Source of the DNA: Holophagaceae bacterium
Lineage (GTDB): Bacteria > Acidobacteriota > Holophagae > Holophagales > Holophagaceae
Direction: 5' to 3'
Assembly (NCBI GenBank): GCA_036391515.1
Contig: DASVZU010000338.1
Coordinates: 1-43,575, forward strand
DNA: 43,575 nucleotides
The notes below the pieces were generated by a model, which saw only the letters and a list, made by a program, of their open reading frames with translations, had not been told where the DNA came from and did not search any database. Of this stretch, positions 10,251-19,057 are shown in pieces. The position numbers and the translations under genes are program-made. The first letter of the stretch is position 1. The number at the start of each line of letters is the position of its first letter.

Positions 10251-11305
10251 GCCGCTGGTTCGGGCGGGGCCCCGTCCTTGAGCCCTTCGCGCCGTCCCTC
10301 GACGCCCTGGAGGCGTTGCGCCCCCTTCTGGCCCGGGTCGCTGCCAAGGAATCCACCATGCTCGATGGCCAGGTGGCCTTCCTGCACACGGAGCTCGTCC
10401 AGGTGGACGGCCTGGTCCAGGAGGCGTCGGCCACCCTCCAGGAGGCACTGAAGACCCTCGACGCGCGGGTGAAGGCCCAGCACCGGCTGGCCCTCTCCGT
10501 GCAGCAGGCCATGCAGATCACCGGCCTGGGCATCGACTCCACGGAAGCGACGGCGACCCTCTCCGCCACCATCGTGGGCACCCTCGACGCCTTCGTGAAC
10601 AACATGCTGGAGATCTCGAAATCCTCCATGAAGCTCGTGGAGGAGGTCGAGGACATCCGGATCCGGTCCGACCGCATGGAATCCATGCTGGGTGAGCTCG
10701 GCGAGATCGCGGGCCAGACCCACCTGTTGGCACTCAACGCCAGCATCGAGGCGGCCCACGCCCGGCAGTTCGGAGCGGGTTTCGCCATCGTGGCCGCCGA
10801 AGTCTCGAAGCTCGCCGACCGAAGCACGGCCTTGAGCACCAACATCCAGCAGCAGATCGAGGGGACACGTCAGGCCCTCCTCCGGACGGACACCCAGGTC
10901 CAGGCCATCGCCAGCAAGGACCTCAACCTCGCGATCCAGTCCCGGGGCGAATCCGAATCGCTGATCGGGGCGCTGGACGAGAGCACCCGCAAGGTAAAGG
11001 AGCTCGTCGCCGAGATGGAGGCCAACGCCCGGCTGATCAGCGAGCAGGTGGGACACGTGGTGCGCAGCCTCCAGTTCGAGGATCTGGTCCACCAGACCCT
11101 GCAGGCGTGCATGCAGGAGCTGGACAACCTCCAGCAGCAGGCAGGCGCCTGGCGCGTTCTGCGGGACGGCCTGGAGAACGGAGGGGATGCCGCTCGGCTT
11201 CTCCGGGAACTCGGCGGCGCCCTCGACGGGGTGGAGGCTGCGCAGGTCCAGTTCAAGGCCGTCAAGCGCGAATCCCTGGCTGCCGGGGATGTGGATCTTT
11301 TCTAG
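10247..11305 (+). CDS. Soluble McpA-like chemoreceptor
   Basis: IAGQTHLLALNASIEAAHARQFGAGFAIVAAEVSKLA signalling hairpin, no TM segment, C-terminal GDVDLF; GTG start overlaps the STAS stop (GTGA). Confidence 0.88.
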   Translation: MSRWFGRGPVLEPFAPSLDALEALRPLLARVAAKESTMLDGQVAFLHTELVQVDGLVQEASATLQEALKTLDARVKAQHRLALSVQQAMQITGLGIDSTEATATLSATIVGTLDAFVNNMLEISKSSMKLVEEVEDIRIRSDRMESMLGELGEIAGQTHLLALNASIEAAHARQFGAGFAIVAAEVSKLADRSTALSTNIQQQIEGTRQALLRTDTQVQAIASKDLNLAIQSRGESESLIGALDESTRKVKELVAEMEANARLISEQVGHVVRSLQFEDLVHQTLQACMQELDNLQQQAGAWRVLRDGLENGGDAARLLRELGGALDGVEAAQVQFKAVKRESLAAGDVDLF

Positions 11306-11317
11306 CCGGAGCCGCTC

Positions 11318-11680
11318 ATGGGCAAATGCATCCTCACCGTCGACGATTCCAGCACCATGCGGCAGATGATCGCCTTCACCCTGAAGGAGGCGGGCTTCGA
11401 GATCCTGGAAGCCGGGGACGGCATGGAAGCCCTCGACCGGGCCAGGGGACGGAAGCTGTCCCTCGTCATCACCGACGTGAACATGCCCCGCATGGACGGG
11501 ATCACCCTCGTCAAGGAGCTGCGGGCCATTCCGGAGTTCCGGTTCACGCCCATCCTCGTGCTGACGACGGAATCCGGCCTGGACATGAAGCAGAAGGGCA
11601 AGGAGGCCGGGGCCACCGGCTGGATCGTCAAGCCCTTCAGTCCGGAGAAGCTCCTGGAAGTCGTGAACAAGGTCCTCTGA
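11318..11680 (+). CDS. cheY: Chemotaxis response regulator CheY
   Basis: ILTVDDS, TDVNMPRMDG, LTTES, GATGWIVKPF; immediately upstream of cheA. Confidence 0.95.
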   Translation: MGKCILTVDDSSTMRQMIAFTLKEAGFEILEAGDGMEALDRARGRKLSLVITDVNMPRMDGITLVKELRAIPEFRFTPILVLTTESGLDMKQKGKEAGATGWIVKPFSPEKLLEVVNKVL

Positions 11681-11690
11681 GGTCCCCGCC

Positions 11691-13790
11691 ATGCCTGATC
11701 CCATGGAGCAGTTCCGCAACGCCTTCTTCGAAGAAGCCACCGAGCTGGCCGACGGCATGGAGGCCACCCTGCTCGCCCTGGACATCGGGGCCGTGGAGGC
11801 CGAGGACCTGCACACCATCTTCCGGGCGGCCCATTCCATCAAGGGCAACGCGGGTACTTTCGGCTTTCCCGCCATCGCCGCGTTCACCCACCAGCTGGAA
11901 AGCGTGATGGACCCGGTCCGCCAGGGAATGCGGCCCATGACCTCGGAACTGAGGGAGCAACTGCTCCAGGGGGTGGACCTGATCCGGAGCCACCTCCACC
12001 ATGCGCGCCAGGGCGAACCCCTTCCGGCCAGGGACCAGCAGGCCCAGGACCTGCTGGCGGAACGGCTCCGGACCGAGGAATCCGCCCCGGCACCCCAGCC
12101 TCCCGCGGCGCCTGGAATGTCTGCTCCTTCCGCCTCCGCACCCGCGGGGTTCACGGTCCGTTTCGAGGCCCCGCGCGAGGCCTTCCGCCGGGGCGTGAAC
12201 CTGGAGCGCATCTTCAGGGACCTGGGCCGCCTGGGGGCCCTCCACGCCTGGCCGGACGTCTCCCGCCTGCCGGGCCTGGATGTCCTGGATCCCGAGGACT
12301 GCCATCTGGCCTGGGACCTCCGCCTGGAGACGAAGGCGTCCCGGGCCGAGATCGAAGAGGTGTTCGAATTCGTGGCCGAAGGAGACAACCTGCAGATCAC
12401 CCCCCTCACGCCGGCGGGACAGGTGCCCCCCCTCGGCGAGATCCTCGAGGCCGAGGCGGGCGTCAGCCCGGCCGACGTCCGCGAGGCCCTGGCCCGGCAG
12501 AAGCCCCTGGGGGAACTGCTGGTGGAGGCCGGAAAGGTGAAGCCCGAGGCGGTCAACAGGGCCCTGGACCAGCAGCAGAAGAAGCGTTCGCAGGCGGACG
12601 CCGCCACCCTCCGGGTATCCACCGAGAAGATCGACCGGCTCGTGAATCTGGTGGGAGAGCTCGTCATCACCCAGGCCATGCTGGCCCAGGCGGCCCAGCA
12701 GTCGGCCCACAACACAGGCGAGGAGCGCCTGGCTAGCGCCCTGCTGCAGCTGGACCGGCAGACACGGGAGCTCCAGGAGCGGGTGATGGGGATCCGGATG
12801 GTGCCTGTCGAGATGGTCTTCTCGAGGTTCCCCCGCATGGTCCACGAGCTCGGCAAGCAGCTGGGGAAGGACCTCGAACTGACCCTGGAAGGCCAGGCCA
12901 CCGAACTCGACAAGACGTTCATCGAGATGCTGGTGGACCCCATGACCCACCTCGTCCGGAACGCGGTGGACCATGGCATCGAGACACGGGAGGAGCGCGC
13001 GCAGGCCGGGAAGCCCATCACCGGCACGATCGCGCTCCGGGCCTACAGTCGGGGGGGACACATCCACATCGAGGTGAAGGACGACGGCCGGGGCCTCGAC
13101 CCGGAACGGATCCTGCGCAAGGCGATCGAGCGCGGGCTGGTGCCGCCCGGCACCCGACCCAGCGACGAGGAGCTGCACCTCCTCATCTTCGAACCTGGCT
13201 TCTCCACGGCCGAGCAGGTCTCGGATGTCTCCGGCCGGGGGGTGGGCATGGACGTGGTCCGCCAGAACATCCGGGCCCTCGGGGGACGCATCGAGGTGGA
13301 CAGCCGCCCCGGCCAGGGCTCGACTTTCCGGCTGATCCTTCCGCTCACGCTGGCCATCCTGGACGGTCTCACCGTGCGGGTGGCGGAGGAGACCTTCGTC
13401 TTCCCCCTCGCTTCGGTCCTCGAAAGTTTCCAGTGCCGTCCCGGGGAGATCCGGACAGTGAAGGGCGACCGGGAGGTGATCAACCTCCGGGGCGAATTCA
13501 TCCCTGTCATCCGCCTGCAGAAACTCCTCGAGCTGCGCCCAGGCCCGGACCAGGAATCCGGCGCGCGGCCCCTCCTGGTGCTCGTGGAGGCCGAAGGCCG
13601 CCGGGCCGCCATGTCCGTGGACGAACTCCTCGGGCAGCAGCAGGTGGTTATCAAGAGCCTGGAGACCCACTACCGCCGGGTGGAGGGGATCTCCGGCGCG
13701 ACCATCCTCGGGGATGGTCGCGTGGCCCTGATCCTCGATGTCCCGGGCATCCTGCGCCTCGAGGCCGGGGCCGCCCTGGCCCAGGCATGA
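11691..13790 (+). CDS. cheA: Chemotaxis histidine kinase CheA
   Basis: Hpt IFRAAHSIKG, dimerization LVNLVGELVI, HLVRNAVDHGIE, GFSTAEQVSDVSGRGVGMDVV, C-terminal CheW-like domain. Confidence 0.97.
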   Translation: MPDPMEQFRNAFFEEATELADGMEATLLALDIGAVEAEDLHTIFRAAHSIKGNAGTFGFPAIAAFTHQLESVMDPVRQGMRPMTSELREQLLQGVDLIRSHLHHARQGEPLPARDQQAQDLLAERLRTEESAPAPQPPAAPGMSAPSASAPAGFTVRFEAPREAFRRGVNLERIFRDLGRLGALHAWPDVSRLPGLDVLDPEDCHLAWDLRLETKASRAEIEEVFEFVAEGDNLQITPLTPAGQVPPLGEILEAEAGVSPADVREALARQKPLGELLVEAGKVKPEAVNRALDQQQKKRSQADAATLRVSTEKIDRLVNLVGELVITQAMLAQAAQQSAHNTGEERLASALLQLDRQTRELQERVMGIRMVPVEMVFSRFPRMVHELGKQLGKDLELTLEGQATELDKTFIEMLVDPMTHLVRNAVDHGIETREERAQAGKPITGTIALRAYSRGGHIHIEVKDDGRGLDPERILRKAIERGLVPPGTRPSDEELHLLIFEPGFSTAEQVSDVSGRGVGMDVVRQNIRALGGRIEVDSRPGQGSTFRLILPLTLAILDGLTVRVAEETFVFPLASVLESFQCRPGEIRTVKGDREVINLRGEFIPVIRLQKLLELRPGPDQESGARPLLVLVEAEGRRAAMSVDELLGQQQVVIKSLETHYRRVEGISGATILGDGRVALILDVPGILRLEAGAALAQA

Positions 13791-14656
13791 AGGGGCCGCC
13801 CCTGAACCCGGGCCTCCGGGCCGATCTGCTCCTCGACCGGGAGCCCCTCACCCCCGCCACCTTCCAGGCTCTCCGCTCGCTCCTCCACGAGCATTCGGGC
13901 ATCGCGCTCTCCGCCCACAAGCTCGCGATGGTCCAGTCGCGCCTCGCCAAGCGGCTCCGCGCCCTCCGGCTGGAGACCTACGAGGCCTACCTGGAGGTGC
14001 TCCAGGATCCCGCATCCGATGAGTGGGTGCACTTCATCAACTCCCTCACCACCAACCTCACCAGCTTCTTCAGGGAACCGCACCACTTCTCGCGCCTGGT
14101 GGACCTCCTGCGCGCCGAGGGCCCCCCGCCCCGCCCCATCCGCCTGTGGAGCGCCGGCTGCTCCACCGGCGAGGAACCGTACACCCTGGCCATGGCCCTG
14201 CTCCGGGCCTTCGGTCCCTCCCATCCGCTGGAGATCCTGGCCACCGACCTTGACACCTCCGTCCTGGAGACGGCCGCCCGGGGGGTCTACCCCATGGCCC
14301 GGGTCGAGGGGCTGGACGAGGAATGGCGGAGGTTCGGCTTCCTCCGCGGGACCAGATCCAACGAAGGCCTGGTCCGGATGCGCCCGGAGATCCGCCGCCC
14401 AGTCCGGTTCGCCAGGCTCAACCTGCTGGACCAGGCCTGGTCGCTGGAGGGCGCCCCCTTCCACGCGATCTTCTGCCGCAACGTGATGATCTATTTCGAC
14501 AAGCCCACCCAGCGCCAGCTGCTGCTGCGGTTCCAGCAGGCCATGGTTCCCCGCGGCCTGCTGTTCGTGGGCCATTCCGAATCCCTCCTGGACTCCACCC
14601 TGGGCTTCGAGTCCATGGGCCAGACCATCTACCGCAAGCGGGAGGTCCGGCCATGA
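13787..14656 (+). CDS. cheR: Chemotaxis methyltransferase CheR
   Basis: LTTNLTSFFREPHHF, WSAGCSTGEEPY, IFCRNVMIYFD, GHSES; ATGA overlap with the cheA stop. Confidence 0.96.
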   Translation: MKGPPLNPGLRADLLLDREPLTPATFQALRSLLHEHSGIALSAHKLAMVQSRLAKRLRALRLETYEAYLEVLQDPASDEWVHFINSLTTNLTSFFREPHHFSRLVDLLRAEGPPPRPIRLWSAGCSTGEEPYTLAMALLRAFGPSHPLEILATDLDTSVLETAARGVYPMARVEGLDEEWRRFGFLRGTRSNEGLVRMRPEIRRPVRFARLNLLDQAWSLEGAPFHAIFCRNVMIYFDKPTQRQLLLRFQQAMVPRGLLFVGHSESLLDSTLGFESMGQTIYRKREVRP

Positions 14657-15300
14657 CTCCGAACCGCGGCCCCCGCGCCAACCCGGGCCAGGACCGATGG
14701 TCCCCGGCCCTGGCCAAGGGGAAGGCCTCCGGGTATTTCGACCGCCACTTCCAGCGCCAAGCCATGAAGATCCTGCCCGGCGAGTTCTACGCCACAGCCA
14801 AGGACGAGGTCATCGTCACCGTGCTGGGCAGCTGCGTGTCCGCCTGCATCCTCGATCCCGTGGCCATGGTGGGGGGCATGAACCATTTCATGCTGCCCCT
14901 GAGCCGCAGGGACCGGGACCAGGACGTGTTCTTCGCGGCCCGCTACGGGGCCGCGGCCATGGAATACCTCATCAACGATCTGCTGCACCTTGGCGCGAAC
15001 CGGGACCGGCTGGTGGCCAAGGCTTTCGGAGGGGGCAGGGTGATGGAGGGCCTCACCGACGTGGGCGGCCAGAACATCCACTTCGTCCGCACCTTCCTGA
15101 ACCAGGAGGGCATCCCGGTCTGGAGCGAGGACATGGGCGGCTCCTGCGCCCGGAAGGTGTACTTCTTCCCCCACACGGGACAGGTGCTCGTGAAACGCCT
15201 GACCCGGATCCACAACAGCACGGTGCTCGAACGGGAATCCGCCTACCTGCAGGAGGTCGCCCAGGGCCGGCCAGGCGGAGACGTGGAGCTGTTCACATGA
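14653..15300 (+). CDS. cheD: Chemoreceptor glutamine deamidase CheD
   Basis: TVLGSCVSAC, GGMNHFMLP, AKAFGGG, RKVYFFPHTG; C-terminal GDVELFT. Confidence 0.96.
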   Translation: MTPNRGPRANPGQDRWSPALAKGKASGYFDRHFQRQAMKILPGEFYATAKDEVIVTVLGSCVSACILDPVAMVGGMNHFMLPLSRRDRDQDVFFAARYGAAAMEYLINDLLHLGANRDRLVAKAFGGGRVMEGLTDVGGQNIHFVRTFLNQEGIPVWSEDMGGSCARKVYFFPHTGQVLVKRLTRIHNSTVLERESAYLQEVAQGRPGGDVELFT

Positions 15301-16349
15301 GCCAGGCCGACCGCAAACGGGTCCTCGTGGTGGACGACAGCGCCCTCATCCGAAGGGTGCTGAGCCTCATCCTGGCCCGCCATCCGGGCCTCGAGGTGGT
15401 GGGCACGGCCACGGATCCCTACGATGCCCGCGAGAAGATCAAGGCCCTGGATCCCGACGTGCTCACCCTGGATGTCGAGATGCCCCGCATGGACGGCCTC
15501 ACCTTCCTCGGCAAGCTCCGGAAGGCCCATCCGATGCCGGTGGTGATGGTCTCCAGCCTGACGGCCAGGGGGACGGCCACGGCCATGGACGCTCTCGCCA
15601 TGGGCGCGGTGGATGTCATCGGGAAGCCCGAGCTGGATCCGGTCCAGGGCCTGGAGGCCATGGGACCAGAGATCGCGGAGACTGTCTATGCGGCGGCCCA
15701 GGCCCAGATTGGCGCTTCCGCCGGTCCGGCCGCGACCGGGCCGGCCCCGGTGCCGTCGCCTCCCCGCGCCTTGCCCGGCCGCCAGCTCGTGGCCCTCGGA
15801 TCGAGCACCGGCGGCACGGAGGCCCTCAGGGAGATCTTCCAGGCCCTGCCCGTGGGCCTGCCGCCCATCGTCGTGGTCCAGCACATGCTCCCAGGCTTCA
15901 CGGAGGCCTTCGCGGCCCGGCTGGATCGCATCTGCCAGCCCGCCGTGAAGGTCGTGGACCAGGGCGAGCCCCTCCAGCGGGGCACCATCTACCTGGCCCC
16001 CAGCAACCGCCATCTCCGGGTGGAACGCCACCCCACCGGCCTCGTGGCCCGCCTCCAGGACAGTGAACCGGTCTCCAGGCACCGTCCCTCCGCCACCGTG
16101 CTCTTCGATTCCGTGGCCACCGCCTGCGGCACGAAGGCCCTCGGCATCATCCTCACCGGCATGGGGGACGATGGGGCCGAGGGCCTCCTCCGCCTTCGCC
16201 AGACCGGGGCCCGCACGCTCGGCCAGGACGAGGCCAGCTCCGTGGTGTACGGCATGCCTCGGGTGGCCTGGAATCTCGGCGCGGTGGCCCGCCAGGCCCC
16301 GCTGGGCGCCCTGCCCCGCCACATCCTCGACTGGTGTTCAGAAACCTGA
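15297..16349 (+). CDS. cheB: Chemotaxis methylesterase CheB (REC plus methylesterase)
   Basis: VVDDSA, LDVEMPRMDG, GSSTGG, VQHM, HRPS, LTGMGDDG, VVYGMP. Confidence 0.96.
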   Translation: MSQADRKRVLVVDDSALIRRVLSLILARHPGLEVVGTATDPYDAREKIKALDPDVLTLDVEMPRMDGLTFLGKLRKAHPMPVVMVSSLTARGTATAMDALAMGAVDVIGKPELDPVQGLEAMGPEIAETVYAAAQAQIGASAGPAATGPAPVPSPPRALPGRQLVALGSSTGGTEALREIFQALPVGLPPIVVVQHMLPGFTEAFAARLDRICQPAVKVVDQGEPLQRGTIYLAPSNRHLRVERHPTGLVARLQDSEPVSRHRPSATVLFDSVATACGTKALGIILTGMGDDGAEGLLRLRQTGARTLGQDEASSVVYGMPRVAWNLGAVARQAPLGALPRHILDWCSET

Positions 16350-16363
16350 TCCCGGGAGCCGCC

Positions 16364-16675
16364 GTGACCCTCGCCATCCGCAACGACACCCAGCCCGGCC
16401 TCCTCCACCTGGAGGGGACGTTCAACTTCGATGGCCATGCGACCTTCCGGGAGGCCACCACGCCCCTGCTCGAGACCAGCGGCCTCGACGCCATCGTCCT
16501 GGACCTCTCGGGCGTGGTCTACATGGATTCCGCGGCCCTCGGCATGCTCCTGCTGCTCCGGGAGCGGGCCGAGGCGAAGGGCCTGAAGGTGGCGCTGAGC
16601 CGGCCCTCGCCCACGGTCGCTGGCATCCTGCAGGTCGTGCAGTTCGGCAGGCTCTTCGACATCCGGGAAGCCTGA
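16364..16675 (+). CDS. STAS anti-sigma factor antagonist (CrsA/HsbA-like)
   Basis: LEGTFNF...LDLSGVVYMDSAALGMLLLLRE with the phosphorylatable Ser; GTG start after GGGAG. Confidence 0.9.
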   Translation: MTLAIRNDTQPGLLHLEGTFNFDGHATFREATTPLLETSGLDAIVLDLSGVVYMDSAALGMLLLLRERAEAKGLKVALSRPSPTVAGILQVVQFGRLFDIREA

Positions 16676-16678
16676 TCC

Positions 16679-19057
16679 ATGGCCGAAGCGAAACGCCCCT
16701 GGCCCCTCCCCGGGAGGACCCGGTTCGCCCCCATCCAGCTCCGGATCTTCCTGGCCTTCGGGACGACCCTGGCCCTGGCTCTGGCCGGAGGCGGGTGGGC
16801 CGTGGCGCGGTACTTCAGCCGCGTGGCCACCACCCAGATCGAATCCCAGCAGGCGGGCCTCGCCCGGATGGTGGCCTCATCGATGGACGACAAAATCACC
16901 ACCTACCTGGGCAGCCTCGAAGCCGAGGCCCGGAATGGCCCCCTCCACATGGAACGCGACCGACCCGGAGCCCAGCGTTGGCTGGAGGACCGGCGTGGTC
17001 TCCGCGCGATCTTCGAGAACGGCACCTTCCTCCTCCTTCCCGATGGCGGACTCCTCGCCACGACCCCTGGAACCCGGCTTCCCGGCGGCCAGGCCGCCTT
17101 CATCCGGGACCGGGCCGTGGCCGGGAAGCCGGGTGTCTCCGAGGCCCACCACTCCCCCTCCAGCGGAAACGCCGCGATCCTGATGGTCGCCCCGATCCGG
17201 GACCGGAAAGGGCGCACCCGCCTCCTTCTCGCCGGGGCCATCGATCTGGTCCACGAGGATTTCCTCGGGGCCATCTCCAGCCAGCATCTCCCCGACGCCA
17301 GCCGGCTCACCCTGTTCGACGACCAGGGCCGCATCCTCGTCCACGCCGACCAGGGCCGCGTCTTCTCCCGGATCGATCCCCGCCGATGGGCCGCATTCCT
17401 TCGCGGAGACCAGGAGCGCACCGGGGAGCGGGTGAATGCCGCCGGGATCTGGACACTCACCACCGTGACCCGCCTCCGGTCCGTGCCATGGATCCTCGCC
17501 GCCACGCTTCCGGATTCCGAGGCCACCCTGTCCGCCCACCAGTCCAGGCGGTACCTCCAGTGGGCCGTGGCCGCCGCCGTGACGCTGGCCCTGCTGTTGA
17601 CCTGGGCCCTCTCCCATCGGTTGACGGAGAACCTGGAGGACCTCACGCGCCAGATCGAGGGCGCCGCCGACCTGCCTCCCGGTCACCGGGTCCTTCTCCG
17701 GAAGGGGAACGACGAGACTGGCGTGCTCGTGAACGCGTTCAATGGCCTGCTCGCCCGGCTGGAGGAGAAGGCCGCCCGGCTGCAGAAGGCCGGGGCCCGG
17801 AGCGAGGAGGAGATGGCCCTGGCCAAGCACGTCCTCCACCGGTTGGTGGAGCCCGGTCTGGCCGCTCTTCCCGCCGGCCTCCATATGGAGACCCTCCAGA
17901 TGGCGTGGATCAACGGGGATGCCTGCACCTACCGCGAAGGGCCACCGGGGCTCCACTTCGGTCTCCTCTGCGACGCCACAGGCCATGGGCTCACAGCCGG
18001 CATCTCCACCCTTCCGGCGATCCAGGCATTCCTCAGCATGGTGCCCAGGGACGTCCCCCTGGAGACCATGTACCGGGAGGTCAACCAACGCATCCACCAG
18101 CTGATGCCCGTGGACCGGTTCCTCTGCCTCCTGCTCGTCCGACTCGACCTGAGGAACGGCTCGCTGTCCCTGCTCAACGCGGGCCTCCCGGATGCGGTCC
18201 TGTGCACGCAGGACGGTCGGCGACGGAGGTTCCGCAGCCGGAACCTCCCGGCGGGCATCCTCGAAGGGGGAGAACCCCCGGTGGCCGAGACCGTGGCGGT
18301 GGCCACCGGTGACCGGCTGGTGGCCTTCACCGACGGCGTGCTCGACCTGCTCCCCGGAGGCGATGTGGACACCGCCCTCCTGGACGGCCTGGTCGCCTGT
18401 CCCCTGGGCGTCCACCGGCGAGCGATCCAGGAGACCCTGGCCATGGCCCTTCGAGGCCAGGAGCGGCTCGACGATGCGAGCTGGGCCCTCTGGGAGGTTC
18501 CCCCCCTGCTCTGCACCCGGGTCGCCACGGCTTCGGGATACCAGGCGGCGGCCACGGAAGAGCTCGAGGAGAATTTCCGGCTCGACCTGGCCTTCCCGCC
18601 CCAGCGCCATGCGGTGCGGGACCTGCTGCCGGACATGATGCGGCTCCTGTCGGCCCGCGGCCTCGGGGTGCAGGACGAGCAGAAGCTCGCCCTGGCGCTG
18701 ACGGAGGCCCTCGCCAATGCCGTGGACCACGGACTGCTCCGGCTGGATTCCCGCCTGAAGGCGCAGGGGTTCGAGGCCTACGAGGTTCACCGCCAGGGGC
18801 GCCTCGCGGCCCTCCAGGAAGGGTCGATCCGTCTCTCGGTCGGGCTCCGGACCCAGGGGGCCGGTCCCTTGCGGGAGCTCGTGGTCGAGGTGGAGGACAC
18901 CGGTCCCGGCTTCGACTGGCGGGCCTGGGATCCGGAGGCGGCCGGCACCTCCCCCGATCCGAGCGGCCGTGGCCTCCTCCTCATCCGGGCCCTGTCCCGG
19001 GATCTCTCCTTCAATGCGCAGGGCAACCGGATCCGGTTCACCCTTCCCTGCGGCTGA
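16679..19057 (+). CDS. Membrane-anchored sensor-HAMP-PP2C (SpoIIE-like) phosphatase fused to an anti-sigma HATPase kinase
   Basis: Two TM segments around a Cache-like region, HAMP (DETGVLVNAFN), PP2C motifs (NGD, DATGHG, NAG, TDG, DD), GHKL motifs (EALANAVDHG, DTGPGFD, SGRGLLLI). Confidence 0.88.
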   Translation: MAEAKRPWPLPGRTRFAPIQLRIFLAFGTTLALALAGGGWAVARYFSRVATTQIESQQAGLARMVASSMDDKITTYLGSLEAEARNGPLHMERDRPGAQRWLEDRRGLRAIFENGTFLLLPDGGLLATTPGTRLPGGQAAFIRDRAVAGKPGVSEAHHSPSSGNAAILMVAPIRDRKGRTRLLLAGAIDLVHEDFLGAISSQHLPDASRLTLFDDQGRILVHADQGRVFSRIDPRRWAAFLRGDQERTGERVNAAGIWTLTTVTRLRSVPWILAATLPDSEATLSAHQSRRYLQWAVAAAVTLALLLTWALSHRLTENLEDLTRQIEGAADLPPGHRVLLRKGNDETGVLVNAFNGLLARLEEKAARLQKAGARSEEEMALAKHVLHRLVEPGLAALPAGLHMETLQMAWINGDACTYREGPPGLHFGLLCDATGHGLTAGISTLPAIQAFLSMVPRDVPLETMYREVNQRIHQLMPVDRFLCLLLVRLDLRNGSLSLLNAGLPDAVLCTQDGRRRRFRSRNLPAGILEGGEPPVAETVAVATGDRLVAFTDGVLDLLPGGDVDTALLDGLVACPLGVHRRAIQETLAMALRGQERLDDASWALWEVPPLLCTRVATASGYQAAATEELEENFRLDLAFPPQRHAVRDLLPDMMRLLSARGLGVQDEQKLALALTEALANAVDHGLLRLDSRLKAQGFEAYEVHRQGRLAALQEGSIRLSVGLRTQGAGPLRELVVEVEDTGPGFDWRAWDPEAAGTSPDPSGRGLLLIRALSRDLSFNAQGNRIRFTLPCG

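Noticed and set aside
10025-13027. 1000-aa minus-strand ORF and similar long overlapping ORFs throughout
   Set aside because: Shadows of well-supported genes, expected from stop-codon scarcity at high GC.
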